Source: Vibrio alginolyticus NBRC 15630 = ATCC 17749 (GTDB lineage Bacteria > Pseudomonadota > Gammaproteobacteria > Enterobacterales > Vibrionaceae). Taken from it: a DNA stretch of 32,000 nt. Positions 17,597 through 25,468 of this stretch are shown in pieces. The translations under genes were made by a program, and so were the position numbers. A model generated the notes under the pieces. The model saw nothing but the letters and a program-made list of their open reading frames with translations, was not told the DNA's origin and made no database searches. Where the stretch lies: contig NC_022359.1 in the NCBI RefSeq assembly GCF_000354175.2, positions 300,001 to 332,000 of the forward strand, given 5' to 3'. Numbering within the stretch: the stretch's first letter is position 1; each line of letters begins with the position of its first letter.

Positions 17597-18310
17597 CTAA
17601 GCAAAGTTATCTTGAAGCCAAGTAGCCATCACTTCACTAATAATTAAAGGCTGCTCAAGCGTAGATAGATGCCCACACTCAGGGATAACATGAAGTGTGA
17701 CGTTTGGGATGCATCTCTCCATGAGCAGATGATTGTCTAGCGGACAAAGCTTATCTTCTTTACCTGTTATCACCAACGTAGGAGCTTGAATGTCCGCCAA
17801 TAAAGGTCGAGCATCCGGGCGAGTTGCTAACGCTTTAGCATGTGCTTCAAATGCCTCCAAACCTACATTAACCGCCATGCCTTCGATACGCTCAGTTAAC
17901 GCTTTGTCTTGCAAACGGCTTGGATGAATCAGCACAGGCATCAGAGTGTCAGCCGTAATGCGTTCAAACTCACCACTTAACGCACGGCTAACCAGTGCAT
18001 CACGCTTTTGTGTCACCTCTGGCTTTTCATCTGCTGCATTGGTATCCATGAGGATCAAGCCTTTGACTCTGTTTGGCGCTTGACGGTACACCTCAAAGGC
18101 AAGAATCCCACCCATTGATAAGCCACCCAAGACAAACTCCTGCGGTGCGTCTTGCAACACTTTCTGCGCCAGCTGTTCCATTGACGGCAATGAGGCCAGC
18201 GTCGGGCATGAAGGCTCAACCCAACTTGGCAACGCTCGGTTGACTTCCTCAAACAATGTGCCATCACAAAGTAGTCCGGGTAGCCAAACTAACGAGGTGG
18301 GTTGCGTCAT
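17597..18310 (-). CDS. Alpha/beta-fold hydrolase (esterase/lactonase-like)
   Basis: Nucleophile elbow GLSMGG, a late ECGHLSTLEQP His motif, about 238 aa. Start moved to 18310: ATG one nt after the bicupin stop, with GGAG inside the upstream gene end (translational coupling). Confidence 0.82.
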   Translation of the reverse strand: MTQPTSLVWLPGLLCDGTLFEEVNRALPSWVEPSCPTLASLPSMEQLAQKVLQDAPQEFVLGGLSMGGILAFEVYRQAPNRVKGLILMDTNAADEKPEVTQKRDALVSRALSGEFERITADTLMPVLIHPSRLQDKALTERIEGMAVNVGLEAFEAHAKALATRPDARPLLADIQAPTLVITGKEDKLCPLDNHLLMERCIPNVTLHVIPECGHLSTLEQPLIISEVMATWLQDNFA

Positions 18311-18311
18311 T

Positions 18312-19316
18312 TTATTCTCCTGCAAGCGGCTTTGGTTGATCAGACCCAAGAATGCAATACGTCAAACTATTACCCCGCAAGTTCGTCAGTGAATAAGACG
18401 CACCTTCTGGAACATTCAGCACATCACCGCGCGTTAAAACAACATTAGCTTGTTCGCCTTGATGCGTGAGGACCACCTCTGTATCGCCATCAAAGTTGAT
18501 AAGTACTTGTTTTTCTTCTCGGCAGTGTTGAGGAATCGAGCCACCTTCAGAAAGCTCATAAGCCATGATGCTCACTTCATCTTCACTCTTTACTTGGAAG
18601 TCATAACTCGCCAAAGGGTGACCCGTTAAGGCGTATTGTTTCACGTTGCTTCCGCTGAAATCGCCTTTGATTTCACGATAATCTTTTAGCAGAGCGACAA
18701 ATGGCATCATCTCTTCTGCGGTGTAGGTATCGAAGGTCGCGAGCTCTTCTTCGGTAAGCAGCGGCATCAATTCTGATTCTTGTGGCACCGGGTCGCCATT
18801 AATAGTGTCCACGAGTGTGCCATCGGCTTTGAGGTATAAACCATAACCTTGACTGTCTTTAATAACGTTTGGATGCCAAATAACGCCGCCACCTGAATCG
18901 TCGCCGCCAAGTACCGAGAACATAAAGCCGTAATCGCGGCCAACCACTTCAAATCCACGGAAGAGATTGGTTGGAATCGAGATGACGTCACCGTGAGACA
19001 ACACCGCCTCGTGTTCGCCATCGTTCCCCCAATAAAAACGGAACTGACCTTTGAACACCAAGAAAAGCTCGGCGGTACGATGAGAGTGCAACGAATTTTT
19101 GATGCCCGGCGGTTGGCCTGCGGCACCAATATTAAAGCCCGCCGTATCGCGAATATGAACATGCTGACGACTGCTCTCTGCCACCCCAGCACCGATAATG
19201 CAGAAGTTATCTTTCAGATCACTGCCTGGCGTGCGCGCATCAATAAACGCACTCGTACCCGGAATCAGTTCCATGTAGCGGACCAGGTTATTATTCATTT
19301 TAGATTGTAGAGTCAT
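18312..19316 (-). CDS. Bicupin protein with one canonical metal-binding cupin motif
   Basis: GIKNSLHSHRTAELFLVFKG fits cupin motif 1, G-X5-H-X-H-X3-E-X6-G, exactly. A second, degenerate cupin-like half lies near the C-terminus (...GGSIPQHCREEKQVLINFDGD...GDVLNVPEG). RBS AAGGA, 6 nt, ATG. Confidence 0.78.
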   Translation of the reverse strand: MTLQSKMNNNLVRYMELIPGTSAFIDARTPGSDLKDNFCIIGAGVAESSRQHVHIRDTAGFNIGAAGQPPGIKNSLHSHRTAELFLVFKGQFRFYWGNDGEHEAVLSHGDVISIPTNLFRGFEVVGRDYGFMFSVLGGDDSGGGVIWHPNVIKDSQGYGLYLKADGTLVDTINGDPVPQESELMPLLTEEELATFDTYTAEEMMPFVALLKDYREIKGDFSGSNVKQYALTGHPLASYDFQVKSEDEVSIMAYELSEGGSIPQHCREEKQVLINFDGDTEVVLTHQGEQANVVLTRGDVLNVPEGASYSLTNLRGNSLTYCILGSDQPKPLAGE

Positions 19317-19322
19317 TGTAAA

Positions 19323-19349
19323 TCCTTGTTGTCCTTGTTGTCCTTGTTT
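19323..19349 (-). repeat. 9-bp tandem repeat x3 that triplicates the Shine-Dalgarno of the bicupin gene
   Basis: Plus strand TCCTTGTTG TCCTTGTTG TCCTTGTTT. The minus strand reads AAACAAGGA CAACAAGGA CAACAAGGA TTTACA ATG. Confidence 0.9.
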
Positions 19350-19367
19350 GGACCTAGCCTTTGAATT

Positions 19368-19421
19368 GTTAGTTACAAGCCTAAAGTTAGTTACAGACCG
19401 AAAGTGTGTTACAGACCTAAA
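19368..19421 (-). repeat. 18-bp tandem repeat x3 spanning the SDR stop codon and the downstream spacer
   Basis: GTTAGTTACAAGCCTAAA / GTTAGTTACAGACCGAAA / GTGTGTTACAGACCTAAA. On the coding strand each unit reads ..(L/F) G L TAA, giving three in-frame stops 18 nt apart. Confidence 0.9.
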
Positions 19422-20143
19422 GGTCGCCCACCATCAACCGCGATGGTATTGCCTGTCGAGAAGGTCAGAACCTCTGCCGCGGCGTACACGGCTTGAGCAA
19501 CCTCTTCATCATTGGCTAAACGCTTGAGCGGTGTGGATTGTTCTTGTTGGTTACGCCAAGCATCGTCCAAGCCTTTGACAAATTCGGTGTCGACAAGCCC
19601 AGGCGCTACAGCCAAAACGCGAATCTCAGGGGACAATGCGCGAGCTAAAGAACGGGTCATGTTTTCTGCGGCAGATTTACTCGCGCAATAAGCAATGTTG
19701 CTGCCCATCGCAGTCTGTGCCGCGATAGAAGTAATGTTCACCACACAACCATTGGCTTGCTGGAGCAAAGGCTCAAACGCTCGAACCATGGCAAAAGGCG
19801 CACGGACGTTCACTTGGAAAATTTGATCAAATAATTGGTCATCCAAACTTTGCAGATCGGCATGCGCGACGAACTTCGTCATCCCCGCACAATTGACCAA
19901 CAAATCTAGCTTGTCGCTCATCTCACTGACTTGATGTTTAAGCTGCTCAATCGCACTAGAATCTGCCACGTTCAGTTTGAATGCCAAATGCTCGTTACGT
20001 GGTAACGAAGAAAGCACGTCGTCGGCTGCTTTCTGATTACTGTTGTAAGTCAGAATTACGCGATATCCAGATTGAGCTAGCTTGCGACAAATGGCGGCAC
20101 CCAGTCCGCCACTGCCGCCTGTGACTAAGGCAAGTTTCGACAT
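19409..20143 (-). CDS. Short-chain dehydrogenase/reductase (SDR)
   Basis: TGGSGGLG cofactor motif and catalytic YCASK (YxxxK). Start moved from 20212 to 20143: ATG one nt after the upstream stop, protein begins MSKLALVTGGSGGLG. Confidence 0.88.
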   Translation of the reverse strand: MSKLALVTGGSGGLGAAICRKLAQSGYRVILTYNSNQKAADDVLSSLPRNEHLAFKLNVADSSAIEQLKHQVSEMSDKLDLLVNCAGMTKFVAHADLQSLDDQLFDQIFQVNVRAPFAMVRAFEPLLQQANGCVVNITSIAAQTAMGSNIAYCASKSAAENMTRSLARALSPEIRVLAVAPGLVDTEFVKGLDDAWRNQQEQSTPLKRLANDEEVAQAVYAAAEVLTFSTGNTIAVDGGRPLGL

Positions 20144-20144
20144 A

Positions 20145-21437
20145 TTACGCCTCTTCCACTTTGCCTTTGTAACGGCGTACACGAATATCTGCTTGCTCTT
20201 TGTGACCTGCAAAGCCTTCTAGTGCACACAAGCGAGAGCAGTATTCACCCACTTTTAAGGATGCTGCTTCCGTTACTCGCTGGTAAGTACAAGTCTTGAT
20301 GAACTTACCTACCCAAAGACCACCGGTGTATCGCGCCGCTTTCTTCGTTGGCAGTGTATGGTTGGTACCAATACATTTATCGCCGTAAGAAACGTTGGTT
20401 TCACGACCTAGGAACAAGGCACCGTAGTTGGTCATGTTAGCTAGGAAGTATTTAGGATCTTCCGTCATCACTTGAACGTGTTCAGAAGCGATATCGTCTG
20501 CTACTTCCACCATTTCTTCGTAACTATCACATACGATCACCTGTCCGTAATCTGCCCACGCTTTACCCGCAACTTCCGCCGTTGGGAGAATGGTTAACTG
20601 ACGTTCAATCTCTTTGATGGTCTCTTGTGCAAATGTCTCGCTGTTGGTCAACAAGACAGCTGGAGAGTTGTAACCGTGCTCGGCCTGCCCAAGCAAGTCC
20701 GCCGCTGCCAATTCTGGGTCACAGCCTTTCTCATCAGCAATGACTAAGGTTTCCGTTGGGCCTGCAAACAAGTCGATACCGACGCGACCAAACAACTGAC
20801 GTTTTGCCTCTGCTACAAATGCGTTACCCGGCCCTACAATCATATCGACCGGTGCAATAGTCTCCGTCCCCAGAGCCATTGCACCTACCGCCTGAACACC
20901 ACCGAAGCAATAGATTTCATCCGCACCCGCCATTGCCATCGCAGCGACAATCGCCACATTCGGCTGGCCATTAAACGGTGGCGCACAAGCAATAACACGT
21001 TTTACGCCCGCGACTTTCGCCGTCAGTACACTCATGTGAGCGGATGCAACCAATGGGTATTTACCGCCAGGGATGTAACAACCCACGCTGTTGACTGGAA
21101 TATTTTTATGCCCCAGTACCACACCAGGCATGGTTTCTACTTCGACGTCTTTCATTGAGTCACGCTGAATTTGAGCAAAGTTTCGAACTTGTTGCTGAGC
21201 GAACTCGATATCATGACGAGTCGATTCATCAAGCGCATCCACACAGGCTTGGATTTGCTCTTCTGACAGGCGGAATTGCTCCGGCGACCAGTTATCAAAC
21301 TTTTCAGACAACTCACGTACAGCGCTATCACCTTTCGATTCAATATCAGCAAGAATGTTTTCAACAATCTGACGCACTTTTGCGTCGTTTGATGCTGATG
21401 CTTCTTCAGTGATTCCGTTTTTTAAAATGCGTGCCAT
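20145..21437 (-). CDS. Histidinol dehydrogenase-like (HisD family) NAD-dependent alcohol-to-acid dehydrogenase, not in a his operon
   Basis: 430 aa with HisD-type blocks: [48 protein letters not shown]. No other histidine-biosynthesis genes are nearby. RBS AGGAGAA. Confidence 0.85.
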   Translation of the reverse strand: MARILKNGITEEASASNDAKVRQIVENILADIESKGDSAVRELSEKFDNWSPEQFRLSEEQIQACVDALDESTRHDIEFAQQQVRNFAQIQRDSMKDVEVETMPGVVLGHKNIPVNSVGCYIPGGKYPLVASAHMSVLTAKVAGVKRVIACAPPFNGQPNVAIVAAMAMAGADEIYCFGGVQAVGAMALGTETIAPVDMIVGPGNAFVAEAKRQLFGRVGIDLFAGPTETLVIADEKGCDPELAAADLLGQAEHGYNSPAVLLTNSETFAQETIKEIERQLTILPTAEVAGKAWADYGQVIVCDSYEEMVEVADDIASEHVQVMTEDPKYFLANMTNYGALFLGRETNVSYGDKCIGTNHTLPTKKAARYTGGLWVGKFIKTCTYQRVTEAASLKVGEYCSRLCALEGFAGHKEQADIRVRRYKGKVEEA

Positions 21438-21484
21438 TGGGTTTCTCCTTGAACATTGAGGCTGACGAACGGTTATTTTTATGC

Positions 21485-21504
21485 TTTTGGATACGAATGC
21501 AAAA
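21485..21504. promoter_or_regulatory. Operator-like 20-bp palindrome, site A, upstream of the HisD-like operon
   Basis: TTTTGGATACGAATGCAAAA. Its reverse complement is 18/20 identical to site B. It lies 48-67 nt upstream of the start at 21437. Confidence 0.65.
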
Positions 21505-21641
21505 TCAGATTAAACACTTAATTAACATTTGACAAGTTAAGTCAACAAACCAAAAAAACCACCCTTAAGCCTTTGTATTGATTAATTTAAACAAATAAAA
21601 GTAAGTAATAAGGACCTTGATTGAGTTTAATTTTTAATCAA

Positions 21642-21663
21642 AAATGAGTTTTAGATCACATCA
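21642..21663. promoter_or_regulatory. Candidate CRP site in the divergent HisD-like / aldolase spacer
   Basis: AAATGAGTTTTAGATCACATCA matches AAATGTGATCTAGATCACATTT at 17 of 22 positions by my count. The right half-site TCACA is perfect. Confidence 0.5.
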
Positions 21664-21697
21664 TTTTTACTCATCATTTACATTTCACCGTGTTAGT

Positions 21698-21717
21698 TTT
21701 TGCATACCTTTGCAAAG
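21698..21717. promoter_or_regulatory. Operator-like site E in the aldolase leader
   Basis: TTTTGCATACCTTTGCAAAG. The left half is perfect and the right half matches 7/10. It abuts the aldolase RBS. Confidence 0.45.
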
Positions 21718-21726
21718 GAGAGAATT

Positions 21727-22476
21727 ATGAGCAATTTTAAGCAACGTCTGACTAAAGAAACGCTATTAGGTACATTTGTTAAAACCCCTCATCCTCACAT
21801 TATCGAGGTATTGGCACTGGCAGAGTTGCCTTTTGTGGTACTGGATGCAGAGCACGCACCTTTCGATCGTTCCTCGCTTGATCTGTGCATCATGGCGGCC
21901 AGAGCGAATGACCTCGCGTGCGTGGTACGAGTACAAGACAGCGCTCCTTCAACCATTTTGAACGCGCTTGACTGTGGCGCGGCGGGTGTACAAATTCCCC
22001 ATGTTTGTACTGCTGAGCAAGCGACGCAACTGGCGAAAATCTGCCATTACGGAGAAGGTGGCCGAGGGTATGCTGGTTCCAGTCGAGCAGCGCAATACGC
22101 CACTAAGCCCATGGTTGAACACTTAAAAGACAGCCGTGCGAATACGATTGTCATTGCACAAATTGAAGACCCTCAAGGGGTTGAAAATGTTGAAGCGATT
22201 GCCAATGTTGAAGGAATTGATGCGCTCTTCATTGGCCAAGTTGATCTCACTGTCGCTTATGGTGCTGATAGCGTTCATGATGAGAAAGTCGCACAAGCAA
22301 GTATGCGAGTAATCGAAGCGGCCAGAGCCGCCAATAAACCTGTTGGCATGTTTGTCGCGACGGCTCAACAAGCTCGGGAATGGCGTGAACTCGGCGTTAG
22401 CTTCTTTTGTGTTGGCTCTGAACACAAAATGATCATTGATGGCTTCAAGCAAGAGAGAAATGTGATGAATTCTTGA
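21727..22476 (+). CDS. HpcH/HpaI family class II aldolase (4-hydroxy-2-oxoacid to pyruvate plus aldehyde type)
   Basis: MSNFKQRL...G.F.....P...E.LA.....FVVLDAEHAP ... VRV ... LD.GA.GVQIPHV..AEQA ... GGRG follows the HpaI/GarL/YfaU pattern. Start moved to 21727 (AGGAGAG, 5 nt, ATG). Confidence 0.85.
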   Translation: MSNFKQRLTKETLLGTFVKTPHPHIIEVLALAELPFVVLDAEHAPFDRSSLDLCIMAARANDLACVVRVQDSAPSTILNALDCGAAGVQIPHVCTAEQATQLAKICHYGEGGRGYAGSSRAAQYATKPMVEHLKDSRANTIVIAQIEDPQGVENVEAIANVEGIDALFIGQVDLTVAYGADSVHDEKVAQASMRVIEAARAANKPVGMFVATAQQAREWRELGVSFFCVGSEHKMIIDGFKQERNVMNS

Positions 22477-22590
22477 GTTTTCTCTGATATTTACGCCTTA
22501 TCAATGTAATACTCTAGACACAGAAATCCCCTAGCCCATACACTCAGCACGTATGAGAAGGTTCAATGGCCTTAAATAAGGAGTATCACC

Positions 22591-23583
22591 ATTAAAGCGA
22601 AAGTAACTTCGATCGACGTCGCGAAGATGCTCGGCGTCTCTCAATCGACGGTATCTAGAGCATTCAGCCCGACTGCGAGTATTAGCGAGAAGAAACGCAA
22701 AATGGTGATGGATGCCGCAGCTAAGCTCGGATACACACCGAATGCCATCGCCCGAGGTCTGATTTCGAATCGTTCAGGCTTAGTGGCGATTGCGTTAGAT
22801 AGCGAATCAAACCCAATGTACGACATGCAATCTCGTGCTTTGGCTGTCGAAATTCAAAAGCGAGGCGGACAAGTTGTGCTTTGCCCTATCGACAAGGACG
22901 ACCTCGATCTCGCCATTTCACGCGCCATTGAATACCAAGTGGACGGACTCGTTATCGCCACCAGCCGTTTAACCTCACGCGCGTTTGCCCAATGCGAAAA
23001 GTTTGGCGTTCATTTAAGCTTGATTAACCGCTACGCCGAGGGTATTAATGCCAACAGCTCTGGCATTGATAACCGATTGGCGGGCCAACAAGCAGCCGAG
23101 TATTTAACGCAGAAAGGCGCAAAACAATGTGCTTACATCAGTGGTGATGCAGGTTCAATGACCAGTGAAGAGCGCTGGCTTGGCTTCTCTTCAAAACTGC
23201 AAGAGCTCGGCGCTCCATCCCCGACCTTTATTCAAGCCAAATACAGTTTTGAAGCTGGCCTAGATGCGGCGAAAGAAATCTTGTCACATACCAGTAAACC
23301 CGACGCGATTTTCTGTGCAAACGACATCCTCGCCATGGGTGTGATGGATGGTTTACGCCAAGCCGGAGCAAAGATCCCTCAAGACTTCTCAGTGATGGGC
23401 GTGGATAACATTCCGATGTCTGCATGGCCGAGTTATGATTTGACCACCATTGCTCAACCAGTCGACAAAATTGTTAAACGAGCGGTTGAAGACTTGATGA
23501 ATCGAATCAACGGCAACCTGGATGCAACTGGCGAATACCTTTTCGAGCAAGGCACCTTGATCGAACGTAGTAGCACCATTTAA
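22591..23583 (+). CDS. LacI-family transcriptional regulator 1, probable ATT start
   Basis: The HTH ...VTSIDVAKMLGVSQSTVSRAF... needs residues upstream of the first ATG (22627). The only plausible initiator after the in-frame TAA at 22573 is ATT at 22591, 7 nt after AAGGAG. The C-terminal part is a periplasmic-binding-protein-like sugar-binding fold (CANDILAMGV). Confidence 0.8.
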   Translation: MKAKVTSIDVAKMLGVSQSTVSRAFSPTASISEKKRKMVMDAAAKLGYTPNAIARGLISNRSGLVAIALDSESNPMYDMQSRALAVEIQKRGGQVVLCPIDKDDLDLAISRAIEYQVDGLVIATSRLTSRAFAQCEKFGVHLSLINRYAEGINANSSGIDNRLAGQQAAEYLTQKGAKQCAYISGDAGSMTSEERWLGFSSKLQELGAPSPTFIQAKYSFEAGLDAAKEILSHTSKPDAIFCANDILAMGVMDGLRQAGAKIPQDFSVMGVDNIPMSAWPSYDLTTIAQPVDKIVKRAVEDLMNRINGNLDATGEYLFEQGTLIERSSTI

Positions 23584-23613
23584 TAAATCCATTTTTATTC
23601 ATTCTTCATAAAC

Positions 23614-23648
23614 AAAATGCCTTGCTTTCGAGTAAGGCATTTTCTGTG
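23614..23648 (+). terminator. Rho-independent terminator after LacI-1
   Basis: AAAATGCCTT (23614-23623) pairs with AAGGCATTTT (23634-23643), followed by CTG. Confidence 0.75.
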
Positions 23649-23708
23649 ATCGCGATTAAATTTTCACCAATCGTTATTTAATTCCTCATCAATTCATCAA
23701 CCTTGTTA

Positions 23709-23752
23709 TTGACTTGTTACTTTAATGTTTTATTTTGGATTCGTATGCAAAA
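23709..23752 (+). promoter_or_regulatory. TRAP operon promoter with overlapping operator, site B
   Basis: TTGACT (23709-23714), 16-bp spacer, TATTTT (23731-23736). Operator TTTTGGATTCGTATGCAAAA (23733-23752) starts inside the -10. Confidence 0.65.
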
Positions 23753-23850
23753 TGGATATGAATTGCTCAACTAATTTATAAAAACATAAAAAGTTGTGTG
23801 ACTTGCCGACGAATGCCAATGGCAGGCCATACTAGAAACAAGGAAGAACG

Positions 23851-24846
23851 ATGAAGAAAGCAATCCTTACTTCACTTACCGCACTGGGGCTTGCATTTAG
23901 CAGTATGAATACGTTTGCAACCAGTGTTATTCGTCTTGCTCATGACAGTCAAGAAACCTCTCCCGTACACAAAGCAATGCTCTATTTCGAACAAGAAGTG
24001 GAAACTCGCTCAAACGGTGAGATAGAAGTTGAAATCTATCCGGCAAGACAACTAGGCGATGTGCGTGAGACGACTGAACTCGTACAGCAAGGCAACTTAC
24101 AAATGACGTTTGGTGCGTCAGTTTTACTCTCTCCCTACGTCCCAGAGTTTAACGTGCTCGACGTGTTCTACCTTTTTGATAGCGAAGAGCAAGCACACAA
24201 AGCGCTCGACAGTGAGAAGATCGGACAACCATTGTTGAATGCTATGGAATCAAAAGGCTTTCATGGACTTGGCTTTATGGAGGTCGGCTTTCGTAGCGTG
24301 ACCAACAACAAACAGCCAATTGATAGTATTGAGGACCTGAAAGGGCTAAAGATTCGCTCGGCATCTAACCCCACTCAAATAAGCGCGTGGAAATCTATTG
24401 GTACTGCGCCAACACCTCTGTCTTGGGGAGAAATTTTCACCTCGTTACAACAAGGCCTGATTAACGCTCAAGAAAGTGCTATCTACTCTATTTATGCCGA
24501 ACGTTTTTACGAGGCACAAAAGTACCTCTCTTTAACTAACCATATATACACCAACTACGTGTTGTTCATGAACAAATCGTTTTGGGATTCACTGCCGGCC
24601 GCACAACAAGCGCTGATCAGTGAAGTAAGCAAAGAAACCATCGCAAAACAGCGTGAGCTCGCCGCTAAGCAAAACCAAGAAGTAATCAAAGAGCTCGAAG
24701 CAAAAGGCATGACGGTTAACATCGTCCCAGACGAGGTACGCAGCATCATGAAAGAAAAAATGAATGCAGCCGTGTACCAAGATCTGCGTAGCAAGACAGG
24801 TGAAGACTTGTTTGACAACGTGATTGCCGAGATAGAACGCTTATAA
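23851..24846 (+). CDS. TRAP transporter solute-binding protein (DctP type), ligand unknown
   Basis: Signal peptide MKKAILTSLTALGLAFSSMNTFA. About 330 aa with DctP-like blocks. Directly followed by the Q and M subunits. Confidence 0.88.
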   Translation: MKKAILTSLTALGLAFSSMNTFATSVIRLAHDSQETSPVHKAMLYFEQEVETRSNGEIEVEIYPARQLGDVRETTELVQQGNLQMTFGASVLLSPYVPEFNVLDVFYLFDSEEQAHKALDSEKIGQPLLNAMESKGFHGLGFMEVGFRSVTNNKQPIDSIEDLKGLKIRSASNPTQISAWKSIGTAPTPLSWGEIFTSLQQGLINAQESAIYSIYAERFYEAQKYLSLTNHIYTNYVLFMNKSFWDSLPAAQQALISEVSKETIAKQRELAAKQNQEVIKELEAKGMTVNIVPDEVRSIMKEKMNAAVYQDLRSKTGEDLFDNVIAEIERL

Positions 24847-24859
24847 CTCCCACTCTTTT

Positions 24860-24894
24860 GCACGATCTGGCAACAGGTCGTGCTTTCTCGTTTT
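24860..24894 (+). terminator. Intra-operon stem-loop after the binding-protein gene (attenuator or mRNA stabiliser)
   Basis: GCACGATCT (24860-24868) pairs with AGGTCGTGC (24875-24883), with one G-U pair. It is followed by TTTCTCGTTTT. Confidence 0.55.
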
Positions 24895-24904
24895 GGAGGT
24901 GAAC

Positions 24905-25468
24905 ATGAAGTGGTTTCGCTTACTAGACAAATACCTAGAACCTACCCTTATCGTTATCGCGATCTCGACGATGACAACTTTACTGTGCTTGCAAATCACA
25001 CTACGCCTATTTGACGCAACGATCGCGTGGGCTGAAGAGCTGGCTCGTTATTTATTCGTATGGGCGATGTACCTGAGCATCAGCTACTGTATCCGAGATG
25101 ATCGACACATCCGCATTCGTGTGTTCATCGATAAACTTCCGGGCAATTGGACGCAATTCAGTTTGATTGTCTCTGATCTTATCTACCTTGCCTTTAGTGC
25201 CACTGTCGCCTGGTTTGGATTTAAGGTTATAAACCGCAGCCTGCAACTCGGTCAGATTGCACCCGCAATGGAAATTCCTATTGCGTGTTTGTATGCCTCT
25301 GTTTTAGTTTGCGCACTATTAAGCTGCGCGCGCCTAGTGACAAGCATTTATCAACGTGTGAACGCGTGCTCCACCAACAATGAACGAGTTCGCTTTTCTC
25401 GCCAACGCTATCGCCATATCAAAGCAAAGTATCGTACTTCTAACCGACTATTGGAGTTTAACGCATGA
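24905..25468 (+). CDS. TRAP transporter small permease (DctQ type)
   Basis: Four hydrophobic segments. GGAGG, 5 nt, ATG at 24905. Its stop overlaps the M-subunit start (ATGA). Confidence 0.85.
   Translation: MKWFRLLDKYLEPTLIVIAISTMTTLLCLQITLRLFDATIAWAEELARYLFVWAMYLSISYCIRDDRHIRIRVFIDKLPGNWTQFSLIVSDLIYLAFSATVAWFGFKVINRSLQLGQIAPAMEIPIACLYASVLVCALLSCARLVTSIYQRVNACSTNNERVRFSRQRYRHIKAKYRTSNRLLEFNA

Noticed and set aside
18767-19310. ORFs 18767-19192 (minus, alternate frame) and 18993-19310 (plus) within the bicupin gene
   Set aside because: Overlap the frame that carries the exact cupin motif, so they are likely spurious.
19368-19421. Possibility that the 18-bp repeats are a CRISPR or other spacer-repeat array
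   Set aside because: The units are directly abutting with no spacers, there are only three copies, and no cas genes are present. It is a simple tandem duplication.
18312-20143. Bicupin plus SDR as KduI/KduD of uronate catabolism
   Set aside because: The bicupin is longer than KduI and does not resemble it as far as I can recall the sequence. There are no lyases, no KDG kinase and no Eda-type aldolase nearby.
20145-21437. Interpretation of the HisD-like gene as HpsN, and of the locus as a 2,3-dihydroxypropanesulfonate (DHPS) pathway
   Set aside because: The idea is attractive because HpsN is HisD-like and DHPS loci use TRAP transporters and SDRs. However, I see no desulfonating enzyme (SuyAB, Xsc, CuyA-like) or sulfite exporter in the window, so the assignment is unsupported.
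5619-21700. Longer N-terminal extensions offered by the ORF track for the lipoprotein (5619), lamB (8084), sdaA (11994), hydrolase (18349), SDR (20212), DctQ (24893, just outside this span) and aldolase (21700)
   Set aside because: In each case an internal Met has a better Shine-Dalgarno. That Met restores the canonical N-terminus (signal peptide, GVGPSSSH, TGGSGGLG) or removes overlap with the upstream gene.
23645-23660. CRP half-site TGTGATCGCGATTAAA upstream of the TRAP promoter
   Set aside because: The left half is perfect but the right half (TTAAA) is poor, and the distance to the predicted promoter is not a standard activation position.
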